Assembly: GCA_900549655.1 (NCBI GenBank) | Contig: UROZ01000001.1 | Coordinates: 1-58,219 of the forward strand | Reading direction: 5' to 3' | Source: an uncultured Collinsella sp. | GTDB lineage: Bacteria > Actinomycetota > Coriobacteriia > Coriobacteriales > Coriobacteriaceae | DNA: 58,219 nt | Position numbers and translations under genes: made by a program | Notes under the pieces: model-generated | Told to the model about the DNA's origin: nothing | What the model saw: only the letters and a program-made list of their open reading frames with translations | The model's database searches: none | In this document: piece after piece, positions 9,727 through 19,783 of the stretch | How the letters are laid out: each line of letters opens with the position of its first letter | How positions within the stretch are numbered: position 1 is the stretch's first letter

Positions 9727-12702
9727 ATGGGTTCCTGGAAAAAGGGGGCTAACGGGGAAAAGGCAACTGATGCCCGACTGGCCGGGGATGCCGCACTGCT
9801 GAATGACGGCAAATCTGATACAGGCTTATTCACGCCGGTCTCGCGTCGCGGTTTCCTCGCGGCACTAGCTATCGCCGCCGGCCTCGGCCTGATGGGCGCG
9901 AGCGATGCGCTCGCATATGCCGCCGTCGACTTCGGGCCAGGAGCAGGCTATATCGGGCCCAGCAAGGACAGCGGCGACCTGACGCATCCGGATCGGACCC
10001 GTGGCGCCAACGATCGCTGGTTCGGCTATGCGAACAACTGGGACCTCTGGAATATCTACAATGACTACAGCCACCGCCTCGGCTACGCCTTCGCGATGGT
10101 ATTCGAGTGCGATTGGTCCGACGAGCTCTATGACCACATCGTTTTCCGTCCGTTCTACTACTGCACCTCCTACTGCGCGACCAATCCCTGGAGGGGATAT
10201 TGGCTGGGACGCGACGACGGCGACGACAACAAGGGCACGTGCTATATCGACGGCGTGCCGGTCGGCAACTTCGTCGGCAACCTCATCAACGACGGCTCCG
10301 AGGGCGAGGACCGCCATGTGAATGCCTACGGATGGCTCTACCACGGGTTCTATGAGGGTCCCGGATGGTCGACATTCCTGAGGCGCAGGCAGGCAAGGAC
10401 CGGCCACAACGTCTATGCGCATATCGATATCTTCAATTGCTGGAAGAACGGCGTCAGCCCCTCATCGGCCATCGTCTCCTCGCAGAATGCCCCGAAGGAT
10501 AGGGACATGTCCGTCCAGACCGACAAGATATATATCGACAACGACATGTCGCTCATGGGCGGCATCTTCAAGATCATCCCCGTCACCGCACCGAACCTGA
10601 GGGTCGACCTCGTCCAGGGCTATTACGAGAACAACGTCCCCGTCGCCCGCTACGAGAACGGTCGCGGCACCTGCCTCTACCATGACTATGACGGGGTCAA
10701 TCAGAACTGGATGTTCTGGCCGAATAAATCCGATGGGCTGGGATGCTTCACCTTCTGCATCGCAAACATGATCGGCCCCGGTCTCGATCGAGGCCTGGAT
10801 AACTATGGCCACACCTCTCCCACCATGGAGCGGGGTTACGCAAAAATCTGGCGTAACCCCGAATCGACTAACCTCACGAATTCCTGGTGGGTCCACCATG
10901 AGCCCGCTGTCACGAACGAGACGGACCACAAATGCTGGTTCATCACCTCCGATGCGGACGGGCAGAGGCTCGACACCTGGGGGGTTACTCGGGATGACAG
11001 CAGCACCTGCGTCGCCGTGTCCAATCCGGCGTGCCCGGGACTCTGGGCAACCCAGGTCAACGCCCAATGGATTCTCGAGGAAGTCGTCTGCCACGGCGAC
11101 GTCGGGCTATCCAAGGACGAGGCCCAGGTCGGCGACAGCCTGAAGATTCTGGGGTGGCACAACAAGTTCAAGGACGAATCTAAGAGCATCAAGCCGGCGG
11201 GATATGTCCTGGGGGCAAAAAACGAAAGCGAACTGCCCGTCTACCCGATTTTCCGTCTGTACATGACGGACTCGGAGGAGGCGGTCGCAAGCGATGACAC
11301 CGCGATCATGGCATCCTGCCGAGTCGCGACATGGGGAGGCCAGCAGACCGAGGCCTACTCGCACCGCCATATCGGTTGGCCCCATGGGGGACATTCCATC
11401 TTCAGCCTCGAGATGCGTCTTCAGGATTCGAAATTCAAGGGATCGATTCACTATGCGGCACAGCGCTTCACCGGCGGCGAATGGGATGAGGGCGCCGACG
11501 GGTCCAAGGTGTGCTCGAATGGGGACTATGATACCGAGATAATCAGCCGCGTTAAGGTGTGGCTGACCGGGGACATCGCAGACGAGTACGACCTCGTGGT
11601 CAGGACCAAGCTGCTCGGCGGCACCTGCGCGTGGAGCGACCCGGTGTACGTCCACAACTCAAAAGACGAGCCCTTGACGCTCGAGACGGCACCGGCATGC
11701 GGTCCCGAGCCGGACGGGAGCTCCGATACCAAGATCTCGGGCATGAACGTCCACCTTATCCGCAAGCCGACGGGCGCGCGGGTGGTGCGGGAGTTCAGCG
11801 CCGAGGAGAACGTCGAGGTGACCGAGGAGTTCGGTTCCGGGTGCCTATACGCAGCCGCCATGTTGGCCCTTCGCCTTCCTTCCAGGAACACCGACCGCAT
11901 ATGGACGGACCGCTATCGCGGCACCGTCATATCCAAGCCCTGCCTCATCGAGTCGGCAAGCGTCGAGTACTATGCGGACGGCATCGATGACGGTCATCGA
12001 GTATATGTCGATAAGAATGTCCATCCCGGCGATCGATACGCGCCCATCGTGGCCGCGCTGGAGGCTGCCGGGAAAAACCCCTGCAACCTCTATGCACACT
12101 ACGGCGAGGACGCGGCCACCGGATTCACGGGCTGGTTCAAGGACGCCGCCCTGCGCGATCCAGCCGGCTCCCTCGAGATTCCCAGGAAGGGCGCACTGAA
12201 GCTATACGGGCGCAACCGCTGCACGCTGCGCATCGAGTACGCGGAAGGATCGGTTGAGCCCGACGCCGGGACCGTCTACCGCAGAAAGCCGAGCGATGGC
12301 GCGGATGCGGTTGACGGTGCGCTCGGGCTGCCCGATTTCACCGGGCGAGCCGAGAGGCATAGGCTCGATGAGATCGACCTGCCGGCAATCGGAGATGGCG
12401 GCGTGGGTCATACCGCCTTTTACCGCGGCGAGTCCGTGACGCTAGCCGGCTACGAGGACGTCTTCGCCAAGCGCGAGGACGGGACGTGGCGCCGCCTCGT
12501 CTTCAAGGGCTACATGCCCGACAGGGCGGGGGGGGGACGCCTCTCTCGACAATCAAGATGGAACGCGACACGACCGTCTACGCCCTGTGGGCGTATGCGG
12601 AGTCGGACGGCGTCGCCACGGCAAAGAACTAACGACGGCTCGGGACGGAGGCGCGGCCTCCTTCCCGAGCCCGCGCATGTCCCTGACGGGAGGTGTGCGT
12701 AG
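9727..12702 (+). CDS. Tat-exported large surface protein, ricin-B/ChW/InlB-B-like; frameshifted near the 3' end at a G9 tract (native stop probably 12632)
   Basis: SRRGFL twin-arginine signal; ricin-like QNW motif; FTGWF repeat. The C-terminus homologous to the downstream paralogue continues in another frame after 12536. Confidence 0.75.
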   Translation: MGSWKKGANGEKATDARLAGDAALLNDGKSDTGLFTPVSRRGFLAALAIAAGLGLMGASDALAYAAVDFGPGAGYIGPSKDSGDLTHPDRTRGANDRWFGYANNWDLWNIYNDYSHRLGYAFAMVFECDWSDELYDHIVFRPFYYCTSYCATNPWRGYWLGRDDGDDNKGTCYIDGVPVGNFVGNLINDGSEGEDRHVNAYGWLYHGFYEGPGWSTFLRRRQARTGHNVYAHIDIFNCWKNGVSPSSAIVSSQNAPKDRDMSVQTDKIYIDNDMSLMGGIFKIIPVTAPNLRVDLVQGYYENNVPVARYENGRGTCLYHDYDGVNQNWMFWPNKSDGLGCFTFCIANMIGPGLDRGLDNYGHTSPTMERGYAKIWRNPESTNLTNSWWVHHEPAVTNETDHKCWFITSDADGQRLDTWGVTRDDSSTCVAVSNPACPGLWATQVNAQWILEEVVCHGDVGLSKDEAQVGDSLKILGWHNKFKDESKSIKPAGYVLGAKNESELPVYPIFRLYMTDSEEAVASDDTAIMASCRVATWGGQQTEAYSHRHIGWPHGGHSIFSLEMRLQDSKFKGSIHYAAQRFTGGEWDEGADGSKVCSNGDYDTEIISRVKVWLTGDIADEYDLVVRTKLLGGTCAWSDPVYVHNSKDEPLTLETAPACGPEPDGSSDTKISGMNVHLIRKPTGARVVREFSAEENVEVTEEFGSGCLYAAAMLALRLPSRNTDRIWTDRYRGTVISKPCLIESASVEYYADGIDDGHRVYVDKNVHPGDRYAPIVAALEAAGKNPCNLYAHYGEDAATGFTGWFKDAALRDPAGSLEIPRKGALKLYGRNRCTLRIEYAEGSVEPDAGTVYRRKPSDGADAVDGALGLPDFTGRAERHRLDEIDLPAIGDGGVGHTAFYRGESVTLAGYEDVFAKREDGTWRRLVFKGYMPDRAGGGRLSRQSRWNATRPSTPCGRMRSRTASPRQRTNDGSGRRRGLLPEPAHVPDGRCA
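12637..12671 (+). other. Intergenic stem-loop just after the predicted native stop at 12632
   Basis: GGCTCGGGA.GGAGGC...GCCTCC.TCCCGAGCC inverted repeat. Confidence 0.55.
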
Positions 12703-15543
12703 ATGAGACTCGACAAGCACGATAAGGGGAAGAGCGAAGGCTCATCCTTAGGGGATACTCCCATTACGAGACGTGGACTGTTCGCGGCCCTGGCGGTCGC
12801 GGCAGGGCTCGGCCTACTCGGCGCCGACACGGCGCTCGGGTGGGACTATTGGGGGCAAAATGCGGGAATCGGCCAGGGGGCCTGGGACGCCTATGGGATG
12901 CTCAACGGCAAGATCAACTGCTGTAGGGGCAGGTCGAACCCCATAAACCAATGCATGGGCTGGGCAAACGGATGGACCGAGTGGTACGCCTTCCGCTACG
13001 CCTACGTCCAGATCCTTCGTTACGCCCTGAACCTCCAGGTTGAATGCGACTACGAGAACGAGCTGTGGTTCCACCTCTCCTTCTACCCGTTGACCGCCTG
13101 CGGGGACGACAACTACCACCCCAGGGGCCACCGCCTATGGTTCGCGTGGGAGCATGACAACCTCGGAGCAATCAAGGAGGACGAGCAGGAGAACAATATC
13201 GTCACCTTCGATGGCAACCTTACCAACGAGGAGCTTGGGGTCGGCACCGGCCGACACGATACCGGATGGAAGCACTACCAGTACCATGACACGGGAAAGT
13301 GGTACAGGCGGACATCGAGAGACGTGACCCATAGGTGGGCCGCGGACCTGAACATCTTCAACATCTACGTCGAGGGCGTCTCACATGACGAGAACGTCGA
13401 CGCCCTGCACTCCCAGACGGGATGGATATCATCCACCGTGGAGCATACCTACCTCACGACGGAGGATATCCAGGGCATCGTGTGCCGCATCCACGCCGCG
13501 GACGACGACACGCTCAACTGGGACGTGCGTGACGCCTCGATTTCCGATGCGACGGATATATACCAGCAGGCATATAGCGGCAATTTCAACCAGCTGTTCC
13601 TCACCGAATTCACCAAGGTCCGCGATGACACCTATCAATCCGACTGGGGACCCGTCCCGGGCTTTCTCACGACCATGCGACCGGCGCATGTGGCCGATGG
13701 ATCCCGCGCGGTGAACGCCTCATGGGGCGGGCCATGGGACGGAAAGGAATTCAGCCATACCAACTGCACCCAGCCCTTTCAAATCAACAGCGCGGGCGTC
13801 CAATCGAGGGCCAGCGCATGGTGGGTAACGAAGAGGTTTTCCGAGGGGGGTGCCCTGTACGGCGACGGCGCGATGGCCATCATAAGCGATGCCTCGGGCC
13901 TATGCGTGAACAGGCCGAATGCGACCGTCGCGAAGCCTTCGAAGCTAAACCTCTTCCATAGCGGCTACAAGGATGGGGTGGCGGGCGACCGCGCTTCGGC
14001 ATGGGTCGTGAAGGAGGTGCAGTTCACAGGCTCGCTCACGCTGAACGACGGCAAGCCCGAGCTGACTCGCGTGGAGCCCGTGGCCTGCTCGGACCCGCTT
14101 CTCACATGCAGCCCGTGCAGGAACTGGTCGGACGTCAAAAAGGGCAACGGGGGCAATGCCCCGACCCACTTCTCCTATCGCTGGTACCAATCGGAAACCG
14201 ACGAGGTGCCCGACGGCTGCTCAGGCGCCTCCATTATCGGAACATGCCACCTGTCGAACTTCGGCGACATGCCCGAATGCGCCGCATACCGCCATGTCGG
14301 CATGAATATGTCCGAGCTGATGTGCATAGAGGCGCTCTCGCTTCGCCTCGAGGGCTCGCCATGGCAAGGATCGATCCGCTACAGCATGCTCGCCAAGGGC
14401 GGCGGGTGGAGCGATGCCGCGGCCGACGGGGAGCCAGTGGGCGAGGGAGGGAGGTCCCTGCGCTGGAGCGCCGTCAAGGTCTGGCTCACCGGTGACGTCT
14501 CGCTGCATTTCGACCTCGAGGTAAGGGCGTTCAACTCGAACGTCGGCTGGACGGCGGGCTACGTTTCAGGAACGGGACTCGATGCGCCGACAGTTGATGG
14601 GGTAGGCGACCTCACCGCATCGAATGACCTGAGGTGCGTCCAAGTCGATTTGATCCCAAAACCGGAAGGAGCCGTGGTATTGCGGGATTTCTCGCGTGAC
14701 GGTGGGACTCTAAACATCACGGAAGACGAATTCGCCGATATGCAGGACCGCTATCTCTCCTGTGTCGTCATGCAGACATTTCCAACGGAATTGCGCAAGG
14801 GGGTCAACCATGACTCACCGCTCGTTCACCGATTCCATGGATTCGTAACTGCCGGGCCCATCCATATCGCAGGGGTAAAGGTCGTCTATCACGCCGACGG
14901 AGTGGATGACGAATCGATAGTCTTCACGGAAACGGCCAAACCCGGCCACCACTCGGCCAACGCGGAGGCAACCGCGGCCGCGCTGAAAAGCCGATGCAAC
15001 CTGAATGACCATTTCGGCGAGGAGCGGAGTACGGGCTTTACGGGCTGGTTTTCCGATACGGGGCTGACAAGTCCCTATGGGGGATCGGAGCTCAAGGCGG
15101 GCGAGGAGCTCCACCTTTACGGCCGCAATCGCTGCACAGTCAGGATTGAATATGCGGAAGGTTCGCTGCGTCCCGAGGAGGGGGCCGTGTATCGCACCGC
15201 CGCGAGCGACAGCGCTCCGGAGGTGGCGAGTGCCCTAGATCTCCCTGATTACGGCAAGGGGCTTGAGTCCCATTCTCTCGAGGGAATCACGCTGCCGGCA
15301 ATCGGTGACGATGGCCGCGCCCACAAGGCCGTCTACTGGGGCGAGCGCGTCGCCCTGGCAAAACCTGAAGACGTCTACCGGAAGACATCCGACGGCACAT
15401 GGCGCCGGTATGTCCCGCTCTGCTGGCTGACTTCAGTGAGCCAGCAGAGCGCGCCGATCGGCTCGATTACGGCCAAGCGCGATACCGTCCTATACATCAG
15501 GTGGTCTGTGGCGCAATCCGATGGCGTCGTCAGCTCGAAATAG
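12703..15543 (+). CDS. Tat-exported large surface protein, paralogue of the upstream gene
   Basis: TRRGLF signal; shares KVWLTGD, YHADG, TGFTGWF, LYGRNRCT.RIEYAEGS, LPAIGD and DGTWRR blocks with the upstream gene. Confidence 0.8.
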   Translation: MRLDKHDKGKSEGSSLGDTPITRRGLFAALAVAAGLGLLGADTALGWDYWGQNAGIGQGAWDAYGMLNGKINCCRGRSNPINQCMGWANGWTEWYAFRYAYVQILRYALNLQVECDYENELWFHLSFYPLTACGDDNYHPRGHRLWFAWEHDNLGAIKEDEQENNIVTFDGNLTNEELGVGTGRHDTGWKHYQYHDTGKWYRRTSRDVTHRWAADLNIFNIYVEGVSHDENVDALHSQTGWISSTVEHTYLTTEDIQGIVCRIHAADDDTLNWDVRDASISDATDIYQQAYSGNFNQLFLTEFTKVRDDTYQSDWGPVPGFLTTMRPAHVADGSRAVNASWGGPWDGKEFSHTNCTQPFQINSAGVQSRASAWWVTKRFSEGGALYGDGAMAIISDASGLCVNRPNATVAKPSKLNLFHSGYKDGVAGDRASAWVVKEVQFTGSLTLNDGKPELTRVEPVACSDPLLTCSPCRNWSDVKKGNGGNAPTHFSYRWYQSETDEVPDGCSGASIIGTCHLSNFGDMPECAAYRHVGMNMSELMCIEALSLRLEGSPWQGSIRYSMLAKGGGWSDAAADGEPVGEGGRSLRWSAVKVWLTGDVSLHFDLEVRAFNSNVGWTAGYVSGTGLDAPTVDGVGDLTASNDLRCVQVDLIPKPEGAVVLRDFSRDGGTLNITEDEFADMQDRYLSCVVMQTFPTELRKGVNHDSPLVHRFHGFVTAGPIHIAGVKVVYHADGVDDESIVFTETAKPGHHSANAEATAAALKSRCNLNDHFGEERSTGFTGWFSDTGLTSPYGGSELKAGEELHLYGRNRCTVRIEYAEGSLRPEEGAVYRTAASDSAPEVASALDLPDYGKGLESHSLEGITLPAIGDDGRAHKAVYWGERVALAKPEDVYRKTSDGTWRRYVPLCWLTSVSQQSAPIGSITAKRDTVLYIRWSVAQSDGVVSSK

Positions 15544-15630
15544 GGGGACAGGCGATAGCGGGCGCGGCAGAATCCAAAGGACATCGGCTCTGGTGGCTCA
15601 TTCTGCAAGCTGTCGCCCGCGCAAAAGTTG

Positions 15631-15668
15631 AACCGGGGGAGCTTCGCGTTCGGCTCCCCCGGTTTTTT
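15631..15668 (+). terminator. Rho-independent terminator
   Basis: AACCGGGGGAGC...GCTCCCCCGG followed by TTTTTT. Confidence 0.8.
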
Positions 15669-15671
15669 CGA

Positions 15672-17177
15672 TCAATAGGTGAAGTAGCCCGGCCGCCTGT
15701 TGTGGCTGGGCGTCTTTTTGTCCTCAGCCTTCTTCTCCTTGAGTCTGGCGAGCCCGTCCTTCAATGCCGCGGTGCTAGGCGTATTCTCCGGGGTCTTCTG
15801 CCTTAGGGGATAGACTTCGCGCAGGTGCTCCAGTTGGGCGGCATAGCGGGCGTTGATGAAGGGCGGGACGCCATCCGTCTCCCTGAACTCGTTATGGTCT
15901 GCCGCGATCTGGTCGATGAGGTCGCTCGGGTAGATCTTCGTGGCGCTCGATTCCGTGACCTCGAATTCGGGCCCTTCGTAGGAATCCCATGCGTCGATAC
16001 GCTCGATATGGTAGAGGCGGTCTGATTTCGATCGCGATACGGCCATCCACTCCTGGGCGTCGTCCGAGCGCCATTCGCTCATGCCGCAGGCAAGGAGGAT
16101 GCGATCTGAATCGCCGTTCGCGTCGAGGCCATATCCGAGGTCAGGGAAGTGGACCTGATGGTTGAAGAACAGGCTCCAGTCGGCACATGACTTGATGGCC
16201 GCGACCAACTCAGTCAGCTCGAAGGTGGAGAATGATAAGTTCAGCTTGGATGAGGGATCCTCGCCCCTCATCGACCAATAGTACCCATGCTTTTCGCTGG
16301 CCCTGTTCAGACTTATCCTAATTCTCTCGACATCAAGGCTATTAAGGGAGACGGCTGTCTTACCTAGGTGCTTTATTGGCACGTCGTCGCCATTGAAATC
16401 GGCATATAGGTCGACGGTAATCCTGTCGGAATGTCGGATTTCGTCTATGAACTCGGCAGCGTTAACGAAGGGCAGGACCTCAAACGAGCTGGCGTTGCCC
16501 CCGTATTCGGTGTTCGATTGTCTGCATAGGGTGGACACGGCGCTACCATAGCCTATCATCGGCCCCCGCCTCGTCGCCGCCCTGCGGATCTGTTCGGCAA
16601 CCTCCGGGGGAATCTCGCTCGGATGGCCAAACCCAAACGAGTCGTTGTAGGAGAATCTCTTGTGGAGCGTGCGCCACTTATACCCGGTAGAGGTGAACAG
16701 GAGCTCAAATGCCCGTTTCGGCCAGTTGTCGGGACCTCCGAACATGGCGTTCAGGCGCTTCGAGCAATCGATGAGACCGAAGGTTAAGTATGTCTCGTCA
16801 AGCGTTATTTGGCCCGAAGTGTACCTCCCGACCCGTTTCATGCGGCAATCCAGTTCCTCGACCGCCGCCCTCTTGCGGTCTTGCGGCCAGTCGGCGGGGG
16901 AGAGCCAGGTGCCGCTCGCGATCTCCTCGGGTGTATGGAAGGGCGCGAAACGGCCCTCGAATTCGATTTCCGAGCCGTTGGGGACGAAGGGTGTTTGAAA
17001 ATTATACATGACACCGGGGCCATCCATGAGGCCGGCGTCGACCGGGTCGGCACAAAGGCGGTCGCTTATGAGCACGCCATCCTTTTTCGCGGTGTATCTA
17101 AACAGACCGCGATGTTCAATGAAATCGAGAGATATCTCGTATCCATCAACATCTCCACTCCATACCTTCTCATACAT
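15672..17177 (-). CDS. Hypothetical protein (501 aa)
   Basis: Long ORF with RBS GAAGGGA; no family recognised. Confidence 0.75.
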   Translation of the reverse strand: MYEKVWSGDVDGYEISLDFIEHRGLFRYTAKKDGVLISDRLCADPVDAGLMDGPGVMYNFQTPFVPNGSEIEFEGRFAPFHTPEEIASGTWLSPADWPQDRKRAAVEELDCRMKRVGRYTSGQITLDETYLTFGLIDCSKRLNAMFGGPDNWPKRAFELLFTSTGYKWRTLHKRFSYNDSFGFGHPSEIPPEVAEQIRRAATRRGPMIGYGSAVSTLCRQSNTEYGGNASSFEVLPFVNAAEFIDEIRHSDRITVDLYADFNGDDVPIKHLGKTAVSLNSLDVERIRISLNRASEKHGYYWSMRGEDPSSKLNLSFSTFELTELVAAIKSCADWSLFFNHQVHFPDLGYGLDANGDSDRILLACGMSEWRSDDAQEWMAVSRSKSDRLYHIERIDAWDSYEGPEFEVTESSATKIYPSDLIDQIAADHNEFRETDGVPPFINARYAAQLEHLREVYPLRQKTPENTPSTAALKDGLARLKEKKAEDKKTPSHNRRPGYFTY

Positions 17178-17196
17178 GCATATGTCCCTTCTGTCG

Positions 17197-17907
17197 CTAA
17201 TGCCCGAACTTGGGTCCGTGGCCGTTTACCCACGGGCCTTGCTGGCGACGAAGGCCTTCCGCCGCCACTCCCATCCCATGGCCAACCGATTTTTCCGGAA
17301 CGACTGCGATAGAGCGAAGCTGCGTGCTATTAAGTACGCGTGCGTTGGCGTATGCGGCCATGTTGTAGGCGTTTTCCTGGCGCACCATCTCCCGCTCGAT
17401 CGCGGTGGCGACGAGCGCCCTGTCAGAATACGGGTCGAACGCGGTGGCGCAGGAGACGAGCCTGGATAGAGCCGAGGGCCCATCGATAAAGGTCAGGGGG
17501 ACCGAGTATCGCTCCCTGCACCACCTTGCGGCGACGGCGCGCGTAAGGCTCTCGCGCCACCCCCCGCCCTTTGCGGCAGTAAATGAATTGAGGGAACGGA
17601 ACCCGTTCTCGCGCATGATGTCGTTGAGATCGTCGGTCTCGATATAGCCGTCCTGCCCGGCGACGGGGTCATAGATGTCGTAGGCGTCCTGCAATACCTG
17701 CCAGGCCCCGTTGCCGATGGGCCAAGCCATCGCGAAATCGGTCGTCGTCCCATTCATTGCCCGGAACCCGAGGCCGTGGACTGTGAAGCTACCGCACCAT
17801 GTGAGGCCGTAGCGGGCGCCATCATCTGCACCGGGCCTTATCGACGGGCCGTCATCCATGTCCCTCAGCCAATTCGGAAGCATGCTAGGGTCAAGCTCCT
17901 CGGCCAT
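17197..17907 (-). CDS. Hypothetical protein
   Basis: ORF with RBS GGAGGGAG; probably co-transcribed with the downstream gene. Confidence 0.7.
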   Translation of the reverse strand: MAEELDPSMLPNWLRDMDDGPSIRPGADDGARYGLTWCGSFTVHGLGFRAMNGTTTDFAMAWPIGNGAWQVLQDAYDIYDPVAGQDGYIETDDLNDIMRENGFRSLNSFTAAKGGGWRESLTRAVAARWCRERYSVPLTFIDGPSALSRLVSCATAFDPYSDRALVATAIEREMVRQENAYNMAAYANARVLNSTQLRSIAVVPEKSVGHGMGVAAEGLRRQQGPWVNGHGPKFGH

Positions 17908-17996
17908 ATCTCTCCCTCCGTCCGATCTTTCGATGTTCCAATCATCGTTTCGAAGGCGGTCGGGCGGACGGCTATGAACAAGTGTTCCTGGTCAGG

Positions 17997-18050
17997 TGTC
18001 ACCTTATGGCACCAAGTGGGAGAGTGGCGGCGTTTACGGGATTTTATGCT
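17997..18050 (+). promoter_or_regulatory. Box copy 3 plus -10 TATGCT
   Basis: TGTCACCTTATGGCACCAAG at 17997-18016; TATGCT at 18045-18050. Confidence 0.75.
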
Positions 18051-18082
18051 TGAAGCGTCTGTCTTCAACGGAAGGGAACGCT

Positions 18083-18484
18083 ATGGATACATCCGATGTC
18101 TATACCCAGGTATTCCAGTCGCTCATGCCACTTATTCAGTTTGCCATCGTGCTTTGGGCGGCAGAGACGATTCTGACGATGCTTATAAAGGAGCATCGCA
18201 AGTCCAAGAAGAAAAAGGAACGAGAAAAGCGTCGCCTGGAGTATCAGGACCGGCGTATGGCTAATGACGAGGAGCACGCGAAGGTCACGCGTGCGATGCG
18301 CTATGACGTGCTGCGCCGTGACGGCTTCAGGTGCGTCAAGTGCGGACGGGGGCGCGAGGACGGGGTGAAGCTCCACGTCGACCATATCAAGCCCGTCTCA
18401 CGCGGGGGGAAGTCCGTAATGAGCAATCTGCAGACACTCTGCGAGGATTGCAATTGCGGGAAGGGAAACAAATACGAGGAGTAG
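18083..18484 (+). CDS. HNH endonuclease with N-terminal hydrophobic helix
   Basis: RYDVLRRDGFRCVKCG...LHVDHIKPVSRGG...NLQTLCEDCNCGK is an intact Zn-binding HNH motif. Confidence 0.9.
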   Translation: MDTSDVYTQVFQSLMPLIQFAIVLWAAETILTMLIKEHRKSKKKKEREKRRLEYQDRRMANDEEHAKVTRAMRYDVLRRDGFRCVKCGRGREDGVKLHVDHIKPVSRGGKSVMSNLQTLCEDCNCGKGNKYEE

Positions 18485-18504
18485 CGTATCTGACAGCAAA
18501 CCCT

Positions 18505-18687
18505 CTAAGTATTCTTCTCATCGTTAACCACCGTCACACGGCGAGTGCCGACTGCATCAAGATGTGAGCCGCTGAATACCTTGCCGTCAGGCTCGGGCTC
18601 AATGCTGCCATCTTCATAGGGGGCGGCCATGCGCTCGAGGTCGGCATCGGTGAGACCGTGCTTCGCCATAAAATCGTTAACGTCCAT
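18505..18687 (-). pseudogene. Probable truncated RHH/CopG-type antitoxin fragment
   Basis: MDVNDFMAKHGLTDADLERMAAPYEDG...RRVTVV ends where an RHH beta-strand would begin; weak family recall only. Confidence 0.35.
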
Positions 18688-18830
18688 CCATTCACCTCTC
18701 CAAACCGGGTTCCAAGAGCGTCTTGCCGATTGTTGGGGTCACTGCAAAGCATAATTCGAAGCAATCATCCACGAAATCATCAATGCGCCAAACTCGATGG
18801 CGTGTCGTGTTGCCCCGATATCCAGAGAGC

Positions 18831-19481
18831 CTACTGTTCTTCACGCCGCTGCCGCTCGATCCATTTTTGGACGGCGAGGCAGGCGAGGGCATTGGCTAGG
18901 CTTGCGCTCATACCGTCCGGCCGGTCGTAGCCGATATGATCGGCCACATCAGTCAGTTCAATGTGTGCGAGGCGATTGTAGTTACGATTCGTCTCCCCGA
19001 GCCATTGACAATATTCATACATCGTATCTGTGACCCTGGCACCTGAGGCGGGCGCAGCGTCGTTGTGTCCCAGGAACCTCATGACGCATGAAGCGTTATA
19101 GACGATAACCTCGTCTGCGCCCCAGATGATCTCCTTGATCTTTACCTGGTCGTCGAAAAAGGAGGGAAGGTCTATCTGGTTGTCGGGAGCCACCCCGTTG
19201 ACCTCAGATGCCGCCTGCCATAGCTCCATACGACTTGGCCTGTATTTCCCCTCATGGACCGCATTTCCCGCCCAGTCCACGATCGCGATGGCCACGATCT
19301 CATCTTCAACGGGGTTGGGCCCCGTCGTTCCGAGGTCCAGGCAGACAACCTTCGGGGCCCGCGCCTCGAAATAACCCGTCATCATGCCGTCGAGCCGGCG
19401 GCGAAGCACCGGATTCTTTCTGAACGAGCGCGCAAGAAGCTCGATCTCGTCGGCCGATCCGGTTACACGCACGCATGCCAT
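18831..19481 (-). CDS. DEDDh (DnaQ-like) 3'-5' exonuclease homologue with degenerate active site
   Basis: VCLDLGTTG, DEIVAIAIVD, YNASCV, DTM and SLANALAC align to ExoI-III, but the catalytic E, D, H and D are replaced. Confidence 0.75.
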   Translation of the reverse strand: MACVRVTGSADEIELLARSFRKNPVLRRRLDGMMTGYFEARAPKVVCLDLGTTGPNPVEDEIVAIAIVDWAGNAVHEGKYRPSRMELWQAASEVNGVAPDNQIDLPSFFDDQVKIKEIIWGADEVIVYNASCVMRFLGHNDAAPASGARVTDTMYEYCQWLGETNRNYNRLAHIELTDVADHIGYDRPDGMSASLANALACLAVQKWIERQRREEQ

Positions 19482-19641
19482 ACGCCGTTCCTCTCACTAG
19501 TTGGTGACCTCGCCGTTAGCTGCCCCGACTCTATCACAGCACCGGATAGGCCTTTTGTGGCGCCTGCGACCAGGAGGTCATTAAATCTTGTCGAACATAT
19601 GTTGTACGGCCGCGTACGTAGTGGTCTATCTACGTTTTCCA

Positions 19642-19705
19642 TGTCACCATTTGTCACCCCTTGGCACCAAATTACTTTCTGTTGATGCATTTCGCGGGGC
19701 AAAAT
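19642..19705 (+). promoter_or_regulatory. Box copy 4 (with a third upstream half-site) plus -10 CAAAAT (flp promoter)
   Basis: TGTCACCATT-TGTCACCCCT-TGGCACCAAA at 19642-19671; CAAAAT at 19700-19705. Confidence 0.75.
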
Positions 19706-19783
19706 CTTATTTGGGGGTGGAGGTCCATCCCATCGTGTCGACGGGGGCTGAAGACTCGAACCCCCAACCGAAAGGAGTGCATC

